The notes beneath the pieces were generated by a model, which was not told the DNA's origin, did no database searches, and was given only the letters and a program-made list of their open reading frames with translations. DNA of 64,000 nucleotides from Octopus sinensis. Taxonomy: Eukaryota. The translations under genes were made by a program, and so were the position numbers. Positions 23,147-35,129 of the stretch are shown here, piece after piece; the stretch's first letter is position 1; each line of letters starts with the position of its first letter. The DNA lies in assembly GCF_006345805.1 (NCBI RefSeq), contig NC_043012.1, forward strand, positions 32,984,001 through 33,048,000, given 5' to 3'.

Positions 23147-23810
23147 TTAGCCACTATAGTGGCTAATGACTAGTCTATGCTGGGGAGTACATTCTTCACC
23201 AGGGAGAGATTTTGTATTTAAGAGCAACCATGCATCCCACTGTCTGATGAGAACGAAATCGATCTGGCTAGCAGAGTCACCTGATTGATAGGTTGTCAAG
23301 TGGTTGGTTGACTTCCTGAAGTTGGTGTTGCTGATCAAAAGGTTAATTGCTTCACAGAACTCCAATAGTCTTGTTCCTGCTCATTTCGGGAACCAATTCC
23401 ATGGCCCCGATGAACACCATGGAAGATACCAGATGCCATCCAACATCCCCATTGAAATCCCCAGGCAAAAAGATGAAATCATTTTCACTCGTTTTTGAGG
23501 TAGCCTGCAGAAGACTATCATAAAAGTGGTCCTTCTGTTCATTTGGTAGGCCTGCTTGTGGGGCATAGGCAAATATAATTGTAGCTATACTATTCTGCAA
23601 GACTAGCCTGAGCTCAAGTACTCTATTGCACACTCTAACAACCTCTATGACCTTATCCACCCATTTCTCTGCAAGAAGTATGCTCACACCACCCACTCTG
23701 TCACTGTTACCTTCTCTGTGAGGAACATGGCTGAAGCTTTTCTCCACCTTACCTCTTTGATTAGAGGCTGTGTTAACCTCATGAAGGGATGGTTTCATCC
23801 AAGGAAATAT
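23147..23810 (-). mobile_element. RTE LINE AP-endonuclease domain fragment, frameshifted
   Basis: GGVSILL, AYAPQ, GDFNG, SQIDFVL and QHRLV motifs across two frames. Confidence 0.88.
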
Positions 23811-24582
23811 TGGTTCAATACTTAGTATTTTGGGGGAATTTCCTTAAAATAATAGGTATATATAACGGTTGAAATTTAATTGTAAGAGCATGTTCTAATA
23901 TGTGAAAGATAAACAATGCATGAAGTTTTAAGGAAATATTTATTTTTACCGTTACATTATACAATACCTTGCCTCAACAGGCAGGTAATGAAATCGTTAA
24001 GCATCCAAAGTAAAAAAGTTAATTTCGGCCTGTGTGTTCTTATTGTAGTAGTAAACCATAGAGAGAGATATGGTAATGTGCAGAGAAGAGAAAGTGAGTT
24101 AGTGAAAGTTGTAGAGTCGCTGATTGTAAACTTCTTTCTTTTTCCCGCTGGCCGTTTGGCTGCCTGCTTGTGGCCATGATTCTAGTGGTCAATTCACTAA
24201 CTGATGGTAGCTATCTCTTACTCGAGTTGTCATTCATTAACTGGTTGAACTGTCATGAGCTGACTAACTGATTTTTGCTTGGGGTTCTTGCTTTTATAAC
24301 TATCCAGAAGGATAGACATATCTTTGAGAACAATAGATTTAGTTGGTAGTCTTGCTATCTTAATTCTAGCTTTTGGTGAAGTAGAAGAGGTTAGAAAGGT
24401 CAAGTGGTGAAGACATTATTTCGACTTAGCTTAGATAATCTGGCAAATGTAAAACTGCTGTCACAGAAAAAAACTATTGCTTTACTGTGAGAAAAGTTCT
24501 GTTGAACTGTTACTTGAAATTTGGCTATGGTGGATCGAATCCACTTCATGCCTGCAAGATCCACTACATATAGTTTAAATTC

Positions 24583-24912
24583 ATATAAAAGAAGAAAAAT
24601 AAAATGGAGATGGGGATGTAAATAATTGTTTATTAACAGTCATCTTCACTTACAACTGTTTCAACTAATACTCAACATTTATATCAATGTAACCTAAGCA
24701 TATAATGAATCCATAAACACCTATAAAACATCCAAGGGTATATTTTTTTCCTTCTGAAGATATTATGCTCAGGGCATATAAATATAAATTTTATATTTAC
24801 TTAATATTTACTAAGTATTAATTGAAACAGCTGTAAGTGAAGATGATTAATCTGCTGTTAATAATAAACAATTATTCACTTCCCAATCTCCATTTTCTTT
24901 TTCTTCTTATAT
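24583..24912. repeat. Fold-back palindrome P3 (diverged arms)
   Basis: ATATAAAAGAAGAAAAATAAAATGGAGATGGGG...CTTACAACTGTTTCAA mirrored by TTGAAACAGCTGTAAG...CCCAATCTCCATTTTCTTTTTCTTCTTATAT. Confidence 0.8.
24746..24843 (+). ncRNA. Type I hammerhead-like motif with long AU-rich stem II region
   Basis: CTGAAGA (24754-24760)...GAAAC-AGCT-GTA (24824-24835); stem I pairs 7 of 8; U-U rather than G-C at the base of stem II. Confidence 0.5.
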
Positions 24913-25009
24913 ATCTACTACATATGTGGAAAGTCCATGTGTGTTTGTTTGTGGCGTTGTTAGCTAACTCCTCCTACATCATTTTATTAATTTTGATGAA
25001 ACTTGACGT

Positions 25010-25375
25010 GTGAGTAGAACTCATGTCTGGAAATCTTGTGACACACTTAGATTGTTGAAAAAATCAATAATACAGCCTCTGGAAGGGACCTTTATATCTA
25101 CCTGATAAAACTAATATTTTTTAAACACACAATGGAAATAACCCATTTCATTGTTTATGTTCGATTACTTTGAATATTGATTTTTTGTGTGTCCTATTTC
25201 TAATTTTGCACTGTTATACTTTGACTCATAAGTAGAACTCATGTCTGGAAACTTCATGACATACTTAGATTGTTGAAAAAAATTGATAATAGGGCCCTTC
25301 CAATGGATTCTTCTATCTACTACATATTACTAATATTTTATTTAAACAACACAAGGAAAATAACCCATACCACCC
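25010..25375. repeat. Old diverged tandem duplication (about 221-bp period)
   Basis: AGTAGAACTCATGTCTGGAAA...ACTTAGATTGTTGAAAAAA occurs at about 25013 and 25231. Confidence 0.75.
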
Positions 25376-26184
25376 GCAGATTTTAGCGAAGTGATCAATA
25401 TTTGATTCTCACGATCAGTCGACCTAATTCTGCATTTCACTACTCACAGTTTTGAACTGCTAAACATTATTATTACACTTTCTGAATTTGAATCTTAAAC
25501 CTTAAAGACTTCATTCATACATTTCTATACATACATACTTTTTTAAATGCCCATTACTCCGATAATTCTGCATTTTTAAAGTTACACTTTTTCCATGACA
25601 GTAGATAAATTTTTTATTCCACAGCGTATTTGTAGTGGCTTCATGCAAGCATTGCGTGGATTCGATCTTCGATTGCCAAATTTCACTTAACACTTCAACA
25701 GTGCTAGTTTTTCTGTGAATGATAGCAGTTATACATTTCCCAGATGTCTTCACTAAGCAGAATAAGGTTTTTGCCTCTTGCCAATCGAAGCTTGGCCTTT
25801 GAATTTGCTTTCGGCCCTTTCCTGATATTAAAGTCAGCTAATGCCACATAATAACATTCTCAAGCTATGTTGTTGCATTTGCTTTTTCTAAGTGTCTAAT
25901 GCTTTCTACATTGCAATCAGAATTATTTAATACCCAAAAAAAGTGGAAAAAGAGGAACAAGGAAAGGAAAAGAAAAGAAAAAGGGAAAACAAAAAAATTA
26001 GCTCTCCTTTTAGTTGTTTATTTTAAGTATATATTTAGACATTTTTTTACAGCTTTATTCATTTTTATTTGAAATATGAAAAGGAATAAATTTTACAAAA
26101 GACAAGAAAAAAACGTGGTGTGGGAAGAGAAAAAACATCAAAGCAGTTGTGTTTAAAAAAAAAACTGGAAAAACCAGAAATCTC

Positions 26185-26300
26185 AATAACTTCCGGTTCT
26201 AAGTTTGCCGGATAATTGGCTCGGTACTGTATTTAAAGAACGAAAGTATTTGATAGGGAAACTATATCGATAGGACCGGTGTTTTGCATAGTAACCAATA
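26185..26300. promoter_or_regulatory. Promoter-like motif cluster
   Basis: Ets-type ACTTCCGGT (26189-26197), DRE-type TATCGATA (26265-26272), CCAAT, local CpG enrichment. Confidence 0.35.
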
Positions 26301-26629
26301 ATTTTATAGTATGGGATGTAGTCTAGTACATCACTTTTCTACCACCATCTAAACTATTGTTTAATTATGCCTATATAAATTTCCAGTTTCTCTGTAAACA
26401 CTAAATTGCAACATGTCTACTCTTATTCACTGTAAACTGTTTTCTTTTAAACAGATTACTCTTCATTTTGCTTTTGCAGTATTTTAATTCCGGTTTGTGA
26501 CATTTCATGAGATTTCAGCTACACCAGGACACAATCACTCACACATTCTATGGAAACAGGCTTGCAACTCTACGCACTCTCTAACACAGATCCTTCAAAC
26601 TCACTACAAATACTACGTTTCATAATGCC

Positions 26630-27039
26630 GGATCTTTTCGGTTTGAACAGCAGTTTTTTAAAATAATTTCCATGTAACTAAACACTTTTAAACTTCGTAT
26701 ACTGGTAGAATGTGTTTATAAAACCTCTTTACCTCTTGGCTTTATTGAGAAAATTCTACAGTTTGTAAGATATTTGTTGTTCTTTGCTTCAATTTCTGCA
26801 ATTTCAACCAATCAATGACGTCTATTGAGGCGAAAAACATTCTGTGCCGTATGGATGTGTCCCTCGTTTAAGAAACAAATTGGGTTTATTTACATTTCTG
26901 AAGAAAAAAAGATACCTTCCCCCTAACCCTAACCCTAAAACAGATTGAAAGGCAATATATCGATACTAGGGTCATAATTATGGATGACAATTTCATATGA
27001 CACCGCTAGAAAAAACTGTCGTTCAAACCGAAAAGATCC
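26630..27039 (+). mobile_element. GGATC-TIR MITE, full length (410 bp)
   Basis: TIR GGATCTTTTCGGTTTGAAC / GTTCAAACCGAAAAGATCC; flanks ATAATGCC / ACAATACC (6 of 8); internal CCCTAACCCTAACCCTAA. Confidence 0.9.
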
Positions 27040-27059
27040 ACAATACCTACTGATCCCAT

Positions 27060-27527
27060 ATGGCAGCCCTGACATTTAACAGTGCTGCCAACACTGGATT
27101 CCAAAGACTAGACTTCTTAGGGATCTCAGAAGCTGTAGTGTCAGCACTGAACAGTCGCATGCCCTCTAAACTTACAAATGCCGCACACAAAAGATTACTT
27201 TTCACATATTTAGAACGACTCCTACTGGATACAAGTATCCTAGGCCTAAAATTGGCAATTTGGCAAAGATTCAGTTTCTTCTCCGTCACTTTCAGATCCT
27301 ATTTGAATCAGTTACGCACCGCCTTCGCTGAAGCCCATTCAATGTACTCGACACCACCTTTTCTCGTCATCTCTACTGTGTTTCACCACCTTCATTCCAG
27401 TTCTTTATATGCAAAGTTGTCACATTTTTTTAAAGGGGTCATCAACTTAGAAAGGTTCAAAGTGAAACAGAAGAATCCGCGGAAACTAGAGATGCATCGG
27501 CAAAAAGGACGAAAGTTCACAAACTAG
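27060..27527 (+). mobile_element. Possible decayed L1/Tx1-like LINE ORF2 C-terminal fragment
   Basis: 155-codon open frame; RLLFTYLERLLL and LGLKLAIWQR...FRSYL loosely resemble Tx1-type C-termini as I recall them. Confidence 0.3.
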
Positions 27528-27774
27528 AATAAATTATTTCGTTGTGAGGAAGAGGAGAAATAATTTATTCTATTTCACGATCTTTTATTACAAAAAATCT
27601 ATCAACCGTAGCAACTGTCCTCGCCTGGGAGGCCCTACGAAGGTCATGGACTCCTCCTCCTCTACTCTAAATGAAAATCAAAACAAAACATCAAATGAAT
27701 ATTATTATGCTATTTTCCTTTAGTTACATAATTTAAGTATTTTTTTTCCAGTTTTCCATAATTTAATATCGTTA

Positions 27775-27777
<3 letters not shown>

Positions 27778-27838
<61 letters not shown>
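27778..27838. repeat. (CT)n microsatellite
   Basis: About 30 CT units. Confidence 0.95.
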
Positions 27839-27841
<3 letters not shown>

Positions 27842-27912
27842 TGCTCTCGCTTTTCGACCCCCATTTTGTTCTTTATTTTCAGATTTTCTTGATCCGTTCT
27901 ATATTTCTATTC

Positions 27913-28148
27913 GGTACTACTTGAGAACAGTGGTCCCGGTGCGTGCACTCGCGTACTCACGCATCCGCGCCAGCTAGTCATGACTAGTCGATCCTTACTT
28001 TGTGTTATTTACTTTGTTTAAAAAATTATTTACTTTGTGTTTTTGTGTTTTATTTACTTTGCTAGGTAGTCGTAGGATCGACTAGTCACGACTAGCTAGC
28101 GCGGATGCGCGACTGCGCGCACCGGGACCACTGTTCGCTAGTAGTACC
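27913..28148 (+). mobile_element. Long-TIR MITE copy 5, Mutator-like
   Basis: Both TIRs; 9-bp TSD TTTCTATTC / TTTTTATTC (8 of 9). Confidence 0.9.
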
Positions 28149-28896
28149 TTTTTATTCTCACTATCCTCAATCTCTGCATCTTTTTCATTCTCTTTATATA
28201 TATTATTTTCTTGTTGATTAAATTGACACTGATGCTTGACCGGTACTTTATTTCATCATCCTCACAAAGATGACAGAGGCAAAGTCGACCTCAGCAGGAT
28301 TTGAACTGAGAAATATAGAGTGATACAAACTTAGTGCCAAGTATTTTGCCCGACATACTAATGATCTTTGCCAATTCATTAGGAAACGAAAAGTAAAATA
28401 TGTAAAGGCATAAAATAATAAATAATCTAAATTTTAGCACCAAGAAAAGAAGCTACAATATTTCCAACAACTGAACTACTACAAAGTTCAAGAAAGAAAA
28501 GAAAAAAAAAGTACGATGCATCTTTGCCATTTGAATGCGAGAATGCTAATGTCAGACAGGCAAAGCTTGAGAGAAAAATTAATGAATTGCGGAATATGTA
28601 CGTTAATTGGTATTTCTCTCTTAACTTCGACCACATCGTAATATTGAGGAAATAATTAAATTGGGAAAATTTCACTTAAGCAATAAAGCTTCAGTCATGT
28701 GAATCAGTATTTGTATTGTATAAGATAGATTTCAATTTCATTTGGCATGATGATAATGACTTCTCGCTGAGCAACAAAACCTGCAAAAATGAGTTAGAGT
28801 GTAAATGTTTAGAATATTTTGAATTCCACTAACACACTCGTCAGTTTCATAAGTTTGTAGGAGAGTTGCTTCATCTCAGTTTAATAAATTCTTCTT

Positions 28897-29320
28897 GGAT
28901 CTTTTCGGTTTGAACGGCAGTTTGTAACATAATTTCTAGGTAACTAACAAATTTTAAACTTCGTATACTGGTAGAATGTGTTTATAAAACATCTTTTTCT
29001 CTTGGCTTTATTGAGAAAATTCTGTAGTTTATAAAGATAGTTGTTGTTTTTTCTTCAATTTCTGCAATTTCAACCAATCAATGACGTCTATTGAGGTGAA
29101 AACATTCTGTGCCGTATGAATATGTCCCTCGTTTAAGAAACAGATTGGGTTTATTTACATTTCTGAAGAAAAAAAGATACCTTTCCCCCCACCCCTAAAC
29201 CTAACTAACCCTAACCCTAAAACAGATTGAAATGCAATAGATCGATACTAGGGTCATAATTATGGGTGACAATTTCATATGACACCACTAGAAAAACTGC
29301 CGTTCAAACCGAAAAGATCC
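28897..29320 (+). mobile_element. GGATC-TIR MITE, full length (424 bp)
   Basis: Same TIRs and interior as 26630; flanks ATTCTTCTT / ATTCCTTCTT. Confidence 0.9.
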
Positions 29321-29384
29321 ATTCCTTCTTTCAATATAAAATTATGAGGCATTTTCTTACATACATCAGAAGTTTTATATTACA

Positions 29385-29894
29385 CTAGCAGTATCGCCCG
29401 GCGTTGCTCGGGTTTGTAAGGGAAATAACTATATAAACATTTTTAGAGAGTTACTTCCCTTATAGATGCCAATTCGGGCTTTCTTAGCCATTTCTGTTTT
29501 GGTGTCTTCAAGCCATGAAGTCGTTGTTCTAAAAGAATGCTGGTCTCCTTGACAACGCTTTACGACGTTAATTTCCTTACACTCCCTTCCTCACAGCTTC
29601 ACGAGGGAGGGAAGAAGGGGGAGAAGCAAACAGGTGCAGGTGTGACCATGGACGCCATCTCCGCTGCCATCGGCACACGAAAAATTATGCATTAAAATGG
29701 AATAAAAAATGTTAAATTATTTTTAAAATCGTAGACTCATCGTAGACGCGCACTAATACTCAGACGGGCTCGATATGAACCACGACTATAAGATACCCGA
29801 ATTTGGTTAAACTGCACCGCAAAATGTGGGAGTAGTTAGGAATCTAAATCGAAGGGGACAAACACTCACACAACTACAGTTTTATATATATAGA
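29385..29894 (-). mobile_element. Non-autonomous Helitron (510 bp)
   Basis: Minus strand A|TCTATATATATAAAA...CCCGAGCAACGCCGGG hairpin...CTAG|T; same family as 56540. Confidence 0.88.
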
Positions 29895-30744
29895 TATGAT
29901 TACAATTGTATATTCAGTATATGGAGCATAAAATACCTGATAAGGAATAATTATGTACTGAGAAAAAGACAACAATAGCTCAGTGACTAACTATATTTTA
30001 TTCATATCAGCAAAAGCAGGAGAGAATTCTGGACATGTTTGGTCACATTAGAGTTCCTCAGTAAAAGAGACTTTTACTCATTCTAGTCTTCTAACTACGT
30101 TTTTATTACTCACTATGTTAAATATGCTGCAGGAATATTGGCTGAGTCCTAAACACCAACATACTGCCTTGGAATTGAACCCGAACTCACTGTGTTCAGA
30201 TGTTAAAGTAATTGTAAATACTGAACAAAATCGTGCCAAGTATTGATTACGTCAGCAAACAAGTCCCTAGTAAATACATTAAAAACTTGTTTTAATCAGT
30301 TGCTGGGTCATCATCATCGTTTAACGTTCGTTTTCCATGTTGGCATGGGTTGGACAGTTTGACAAGAGCTGGCCAAGCTCCAACTGTCTGTTTTGGTAAG
30401 GTTTCTATGGCTACATCCGTGCGATAATGAAGAAAGTTACATATTAATTAGTTTGAACAATGTAACTTTTACAAAAAAAGAAGCAATTATTAAAGTCTAC
30501 ACTCTCTAGCAAATTCTTATAAATTCCATTCCTAGCTCCTTTTCTTGAAGATTCAACCACAGGATGTATTTTTAATTCACTGTGAGATAGTAGTTTTTTA
30601 ACATCTTATTTCCTACTCTCTTGCTCTTTTCATCTTTTCTTTGTTTACTGCTAGCTATTTTAATTAGTTCTTCTCTTTCTCTATCCATATAACTTTTCCT
30701 CTCTCACTCTTAGCCTCAGTTTCTTTGCTTGCAACACTTTCTCT

Positions 30745-30794
<50 letters not shown>

Positions 30795-31044
30795 ATCTGC
30801 CTTTGATTATCTTCATTGAAATAAGTTATATTACAAAATTTTCCTTTTAAATACTTTGAGAATATTTGTGAACACTTTTGCACTATATTTATTTATCATA
30901 TTAAAATTACATAGAAATTTTATATTTCAAGTTTAATTCAGTTATTCATAAATGTGCATAGTACAATATATACGTTATGTACTATTTGCTTCCATCTTTC
31001 AATTCAACATATACTAGTAGAAGACCACCCAAAGAGCAGTGTTT

Positions 31045-31310
31045 CTCATCATCATCATCATCGTTTAATGTCCGCTCTCCATGGTAGCATGGGTTGAACG
31101 GTTCAACTGGGGTCTGGGAAGCCAGAAGGCTGCACCTGGCCCCTGTCTTGATCTGGCAGTGTTTCAGCTGGATGCCCTTCCTAACGCCAACCACTCCGTG
31201 AGTGTAGTGGGTGCTTTTTACGTGCCAGGGGAGGCTGGCAACGACCACGATCGGTTGGTGGTTTTTATGTGCCACTGACACGGAAGCCAGTCAAGGCGGC
31301 GCTGGCTACA
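31045..31310 (-). mobile_element. Family C 3' fragment
   Basis: (CAT)n plus the reverse complement of the family C end. Confidence 0.82.
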
Positions 31311-31768
31311 ATTTAGGTAACATTAAGCTGATTAGAGAAAGGAGTTGAAATCAGCTGAAAGCCAAAGAAAAATTAATGTTACAATTCTCTCACTGTGTAT
31401 AGCAGTGAATTTACTACATTTATATTACCTGTATTCATTTTGGTGAACTCAGCTGACAGGAGTTAAATGTTGAAGCTACAGACTTGACAAGATATTAACA
31501 TTCAACCTTACATTGTACCTTAGCACTGTGACTCAGCAAATAGATACTTCACTTTCACTATGCACCTTCTGTCTACAACAGTATCTTATTACTCATGTTG
31601 CACTACATATCCCTGGGGTGTTAAGAGTTAAATGAATTATGAATTACTGACCTCTTTGCTTACTGTTTGAAACCTTATCAGATGACTATCTGTATGGACG
31701 TGGCGCATTGCTGTACTCAAGGAGACCCGCTTGCCACAACAGAATTGTGATCCTAAAGCCAAAGTGCC

Positions 31769-31990
31769 TGTTTCTTTACTATCCAGAAGGGGCTAAACAT
31801 AGAGAGGACAGACAAATGGATTAAGTCGATTATATCGACCCCAGTGCATAACTGGTATTTATTTAATCGACCCCGAAACGATGAAAGGCAAAGACGACCT
31901 CGGCAGAATTTGAACTCAGAACGTAACGGCAGACGAAATACCGCTAAGCATTTCGCCCGGCGTGCTAACGGTTCTGCCAGCTCACTGCCT
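31769..31990 (-). mobile_element. SINE family B
   Basis: Full head; flanked by a direct repeat AAAGCCAAAGTGCC. Confidence 0.9.
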
Positions 31991-32004
31991 AAAGCCAAAG
32001 TGCC

Positions 32005-32232
32005 ATGTAAAGAACATTGGCGTGGGTGTTGATGCCATGTAAAAAGCACTGGTGATGGCACCATGTATATCTAGTACTCTCTGTGGAGTGGTTGGCATTA
32101 AGCAAAGGCATCCAGTAGCAGAAACCAAGCCAAAAGAGACTATGGACTCTTGTGCAGCCCATGGCCTTGCTAGTTTGATGTTAAACCATCAAACTGTCTT
32201 CTGTGCCAGCATGGAAGACAGGCATTAAATGA
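32005..32232 (+). mobile_element. Family C fragment, degenerate
   Basis: GTAAAAAGCAC...GGAGTGGTTGGCATT...GCCAGCATGGAAG. Confidence 0.65.
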
Positions 32233-32779
32233 GGATTTATTTTCTACTCCTCACACTTTGTTGATCTTCCAGGAAGACCAGCCTTTTACAGATATTCTAC
32301 AACATGTTGCTGGTTATGATTAGAGTTATGTAAATGCACTAGCATAGCTGGGGGTGGTTCACTCCAGGCAGAACTTTTAAAGGGGTACCACTTTTGGGTT
32401 TGCTGTAGACAATATGTGTCTTTTGTCTGGTCCAAAGGCAGCAAACAGAAGGGCTGCCCCAGGCAGCACACGCTCTAGCTACACTAATGGGTACTTGCAG
32501 TGGTTTGTTTGTGTGACATATCTTTCCCAGGGGTTTTATGATAAGCCTTCTGGTTTCACTTGATTGAACTCTATATCTGCTTTGAAAGAATTACTTAGGA
32601 AATGAAAGTTATAGTAATATCAATGGTGTGGGAGGGGGGCAGCAGTGGCAGTGATCGGGAAATTGGGAGCTGACTTGGCAGTTTATTAGAGGTAGTTGAT
32701 AATTATGGTGGTGGTGATGGTGCTGCTGTTTGCTTGTTTGTTGAGTGAAGCGGTCTTCGTCCTTGGGAGAAGTCCAATA

Positions 32780-33096
32780 CGTGGTCCTTTGCTATTCGTA
32801 AGACCTGCAGAAGAGAAAGCAGGTCAACCCCCGACACCGAGAGCATTGACGGATGGATGAATGCGCATCCAGGCTCAGCGGTTGCGGAGGAAGTCGGGGA
32901 CAAGAAACAGGAAGAAAGAGCGAGAGAAAGTTGGAGCGAAAGAGTACAACAAGGGTTACCACCACCCCCTGCCGGAGCCTCGGGGAGCTTTAGGTGTTTT
33001 CGCTCAATAAACACACACAATACCTGGTCTGGGAATCGAAACCACAATCCTCCGACCACGAGTCCGCTGCCCTAACCACTGGGCCATTGCGCCTCC
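32780..33096 (-). mobile_element. tRNA-head SINE family D
   Basis: Minus strand GGAGGCGCAATGGCCCAGTGG (A box)...GGTTTCGATTCC (B box); second copy at 45498. Confidence 0.82.
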
Positions 33097-33104
33097 TGCT
33101 GCTG

Positions 33105-33144
<40 letters not shown>
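33097..33144. repeat. (CTG)/(CTA)n trinucleotide repeat
   Basis: Direct reading. Confidence 0.95.
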
Positions 33145-33799
33145 ATTTCAAAAGATTTAATTTAAAAAGAAATAAAATTTATTATCACTGGATTGAGAGA
33201 TATATTAAAAAAAAAAAGCAGTAAGTTTATTTAGGACTAAATGAAAAATACCCATGTTTACAAAAGAACAAAGTAAAACCAATTTCTGAATAGGTTAGAT
33301 GCATTCCTTCTAAATTGCTCCATAAGGTTGTTTTAAAATAGTTTAACAAGGAAACTAGACATACTGACTTGATATAGTTAATTGAATAAATGTCTGCTTT
33401 TTGGGCTGGAGTGTGTGTTAGTTCACAACAAAACCTGTCAGTCGGGTTATGTCATTATCTTGAAAAAGAAAAACAAAACTACTCTTACACATACACTCAT
33501 AAATTTATGCATTCACAAATTAACATCGGCTGACTATTAAGATCTTTTTTTTTTTGACCTGATAAGGTGACATCATTTAAAGTGAACTGTCAAATGTGCT
33601 GATTAGTTGCTTTTAGCCTCAGCTGTTTTATTATATCAGTATTAATAGGGCAATATTTTTTTTCTTTTCAGTGTATGAACATTGACATTATCATTCATCA
33701 ATAGCCTCACCATTAATATTATCATCAACACAGCAATAGTATCCTTTTCTGTCCTTCTGTAAATCCAAACATTCAAGTTTCTTACACCTTTGAGCTTAT

Positions 33800-34201
33800 A
33801 CTCTTTACTCTCTTTTTTATTCTTTTACTTGTTTCAGTCATTTGACTGCGGCCATGCTGGAGCACTGCCTTTAGTCGAGCAAATCGACCCCGGGACTTTG
33901 TAAGCCCAGTACTTATTCTATCGGTCTCTTTTGCCGAACCGCTAAGTGACGGGGACGTAAACACACCAGCATCGGTTGTCAAGCAATGCTAGGGGACAAA
34001 CACACACACACATACACACATATATATACATATATACGACAGGCTTCTTTTCAGTTTCCGTCTACCAAATCCACTCACAAGGCATTGGTCGGCCCGGGGC
34101 TATAGCAGAAGACACTTGCCCAAGATGCCACGCAGTGGGACTGAACCCGGAACCATGTGGCTGGTAAGCAAGCTACTTACCACACAGCCACTCCTGCACC
34201 T
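33800..34201 (-). mobile_element. SINE family A, full length
   Basis: Colinear with family A. Confidence 0.9.
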
Positions 34202-34868
34202 TAACAGGAGTGGCTGTTATGTGCACTTTAACACTTTAACATTCAGATTACTGTCAAATATAATACTTATTTAGTCATGTTATTTTGAATTAATTACACA
34301 TTATCTTGTAGGCTTCAAGACTTTGATGATGGGATTATTCTTAGAATGACATTATAGGGAAGCTGTGAGAGGTTGGATCTGGTCAGTTTCAGAACAAAAC
34401 AGATAAAATACTTGTGGGAGATGTGGCTGGTTTTTAATGCTGACAGGTTAAGCCTTAAAAACCAGCCACATCTCTCACTAGCACGGGGCTCGAGTGCCAG
34501 TAATGCGACACTGGTAACGATCACACTCGAATGGTGCCTTTTAAGTGTCAATGGCACGGAAGCCGGTTAGCCGCTCTGTCAATGATCACACTCGCATGGT
34601 GCTCTTTGCACCCTGCTAGCACGGACGCCAGTCATCGAATTTGATTTTGATTTTTGATTTCACTTGCCTCAACAGGTCTTCGCAAGCAGAGTTTTAGTGT
34701 CCAAAGAAGGAAAAGGTATGCATAAATGGGCTGGTAACGCCCCTGGCATAGGTCACAAGATTATGGTCTCATTTGGCTGCTTGCCATATATATATATATG
34801 TATATATATATTATATATATATTATAATATATTATTATATTATATATATATATATATATGTATATATA

Positions 34869-35110
34869 GTTAATCCAAACAAGAACAAGCATGAAAAAAC
34901 AACACGAGGACATGGAACAGGTACTGTGTTATTGGACACTCAGGGAAGGAAAGAAAAGAAAGAGGATTTCATACTTCGAGCAAAGCTCTTCATCAGAAAT
35001 ATAGAAAAAGTCCAAAGAAGGGAAGATGGAAAAAGAAAATCGCCAACAATGCACATGCGGTCACATATTGAAATGACTGGAAGGGAATTGGTGAAGAAAA
35101 AGTTCTTTCT
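34869..35110 (-). mobile_element. TA-anchored insert with a degenerate hammerhead core (Penelope-like remnant?)
   Basis: Minus strand CTGATGA-AGAGC-TTT-GCTC-GAAG (34974-34996), about 105 nt upstream of a long TA run. Confidence 0.4.
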
Positions 35111-35129
35111 AAGACAGGAGAGTGCAAGA

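Noticed and set aside
23236-23272. CTGATGA-G-AA-C-GAAA-TCGA-TC, resembling a minimal hammerhead
   Set aside because: Stem I does not pair (CCCACTGT versus TGGCTAGC), and the text is simply the antisense of the RTE codons for DFVLIRQ.
30027-30067. Minus-strand CTGAGGA...AAACATGTC remnant (similar text at 52127-52157)
   Set aside because: G12 is missing, stems I and II do not pair, and it is too decayed to call; it may be an old Penelope-like terminus.
30150-30210. tRNA-like B box GGGTTCAATTCC on the minus strand
   Set aside because: No cloverleaf; a decayed SINE head.
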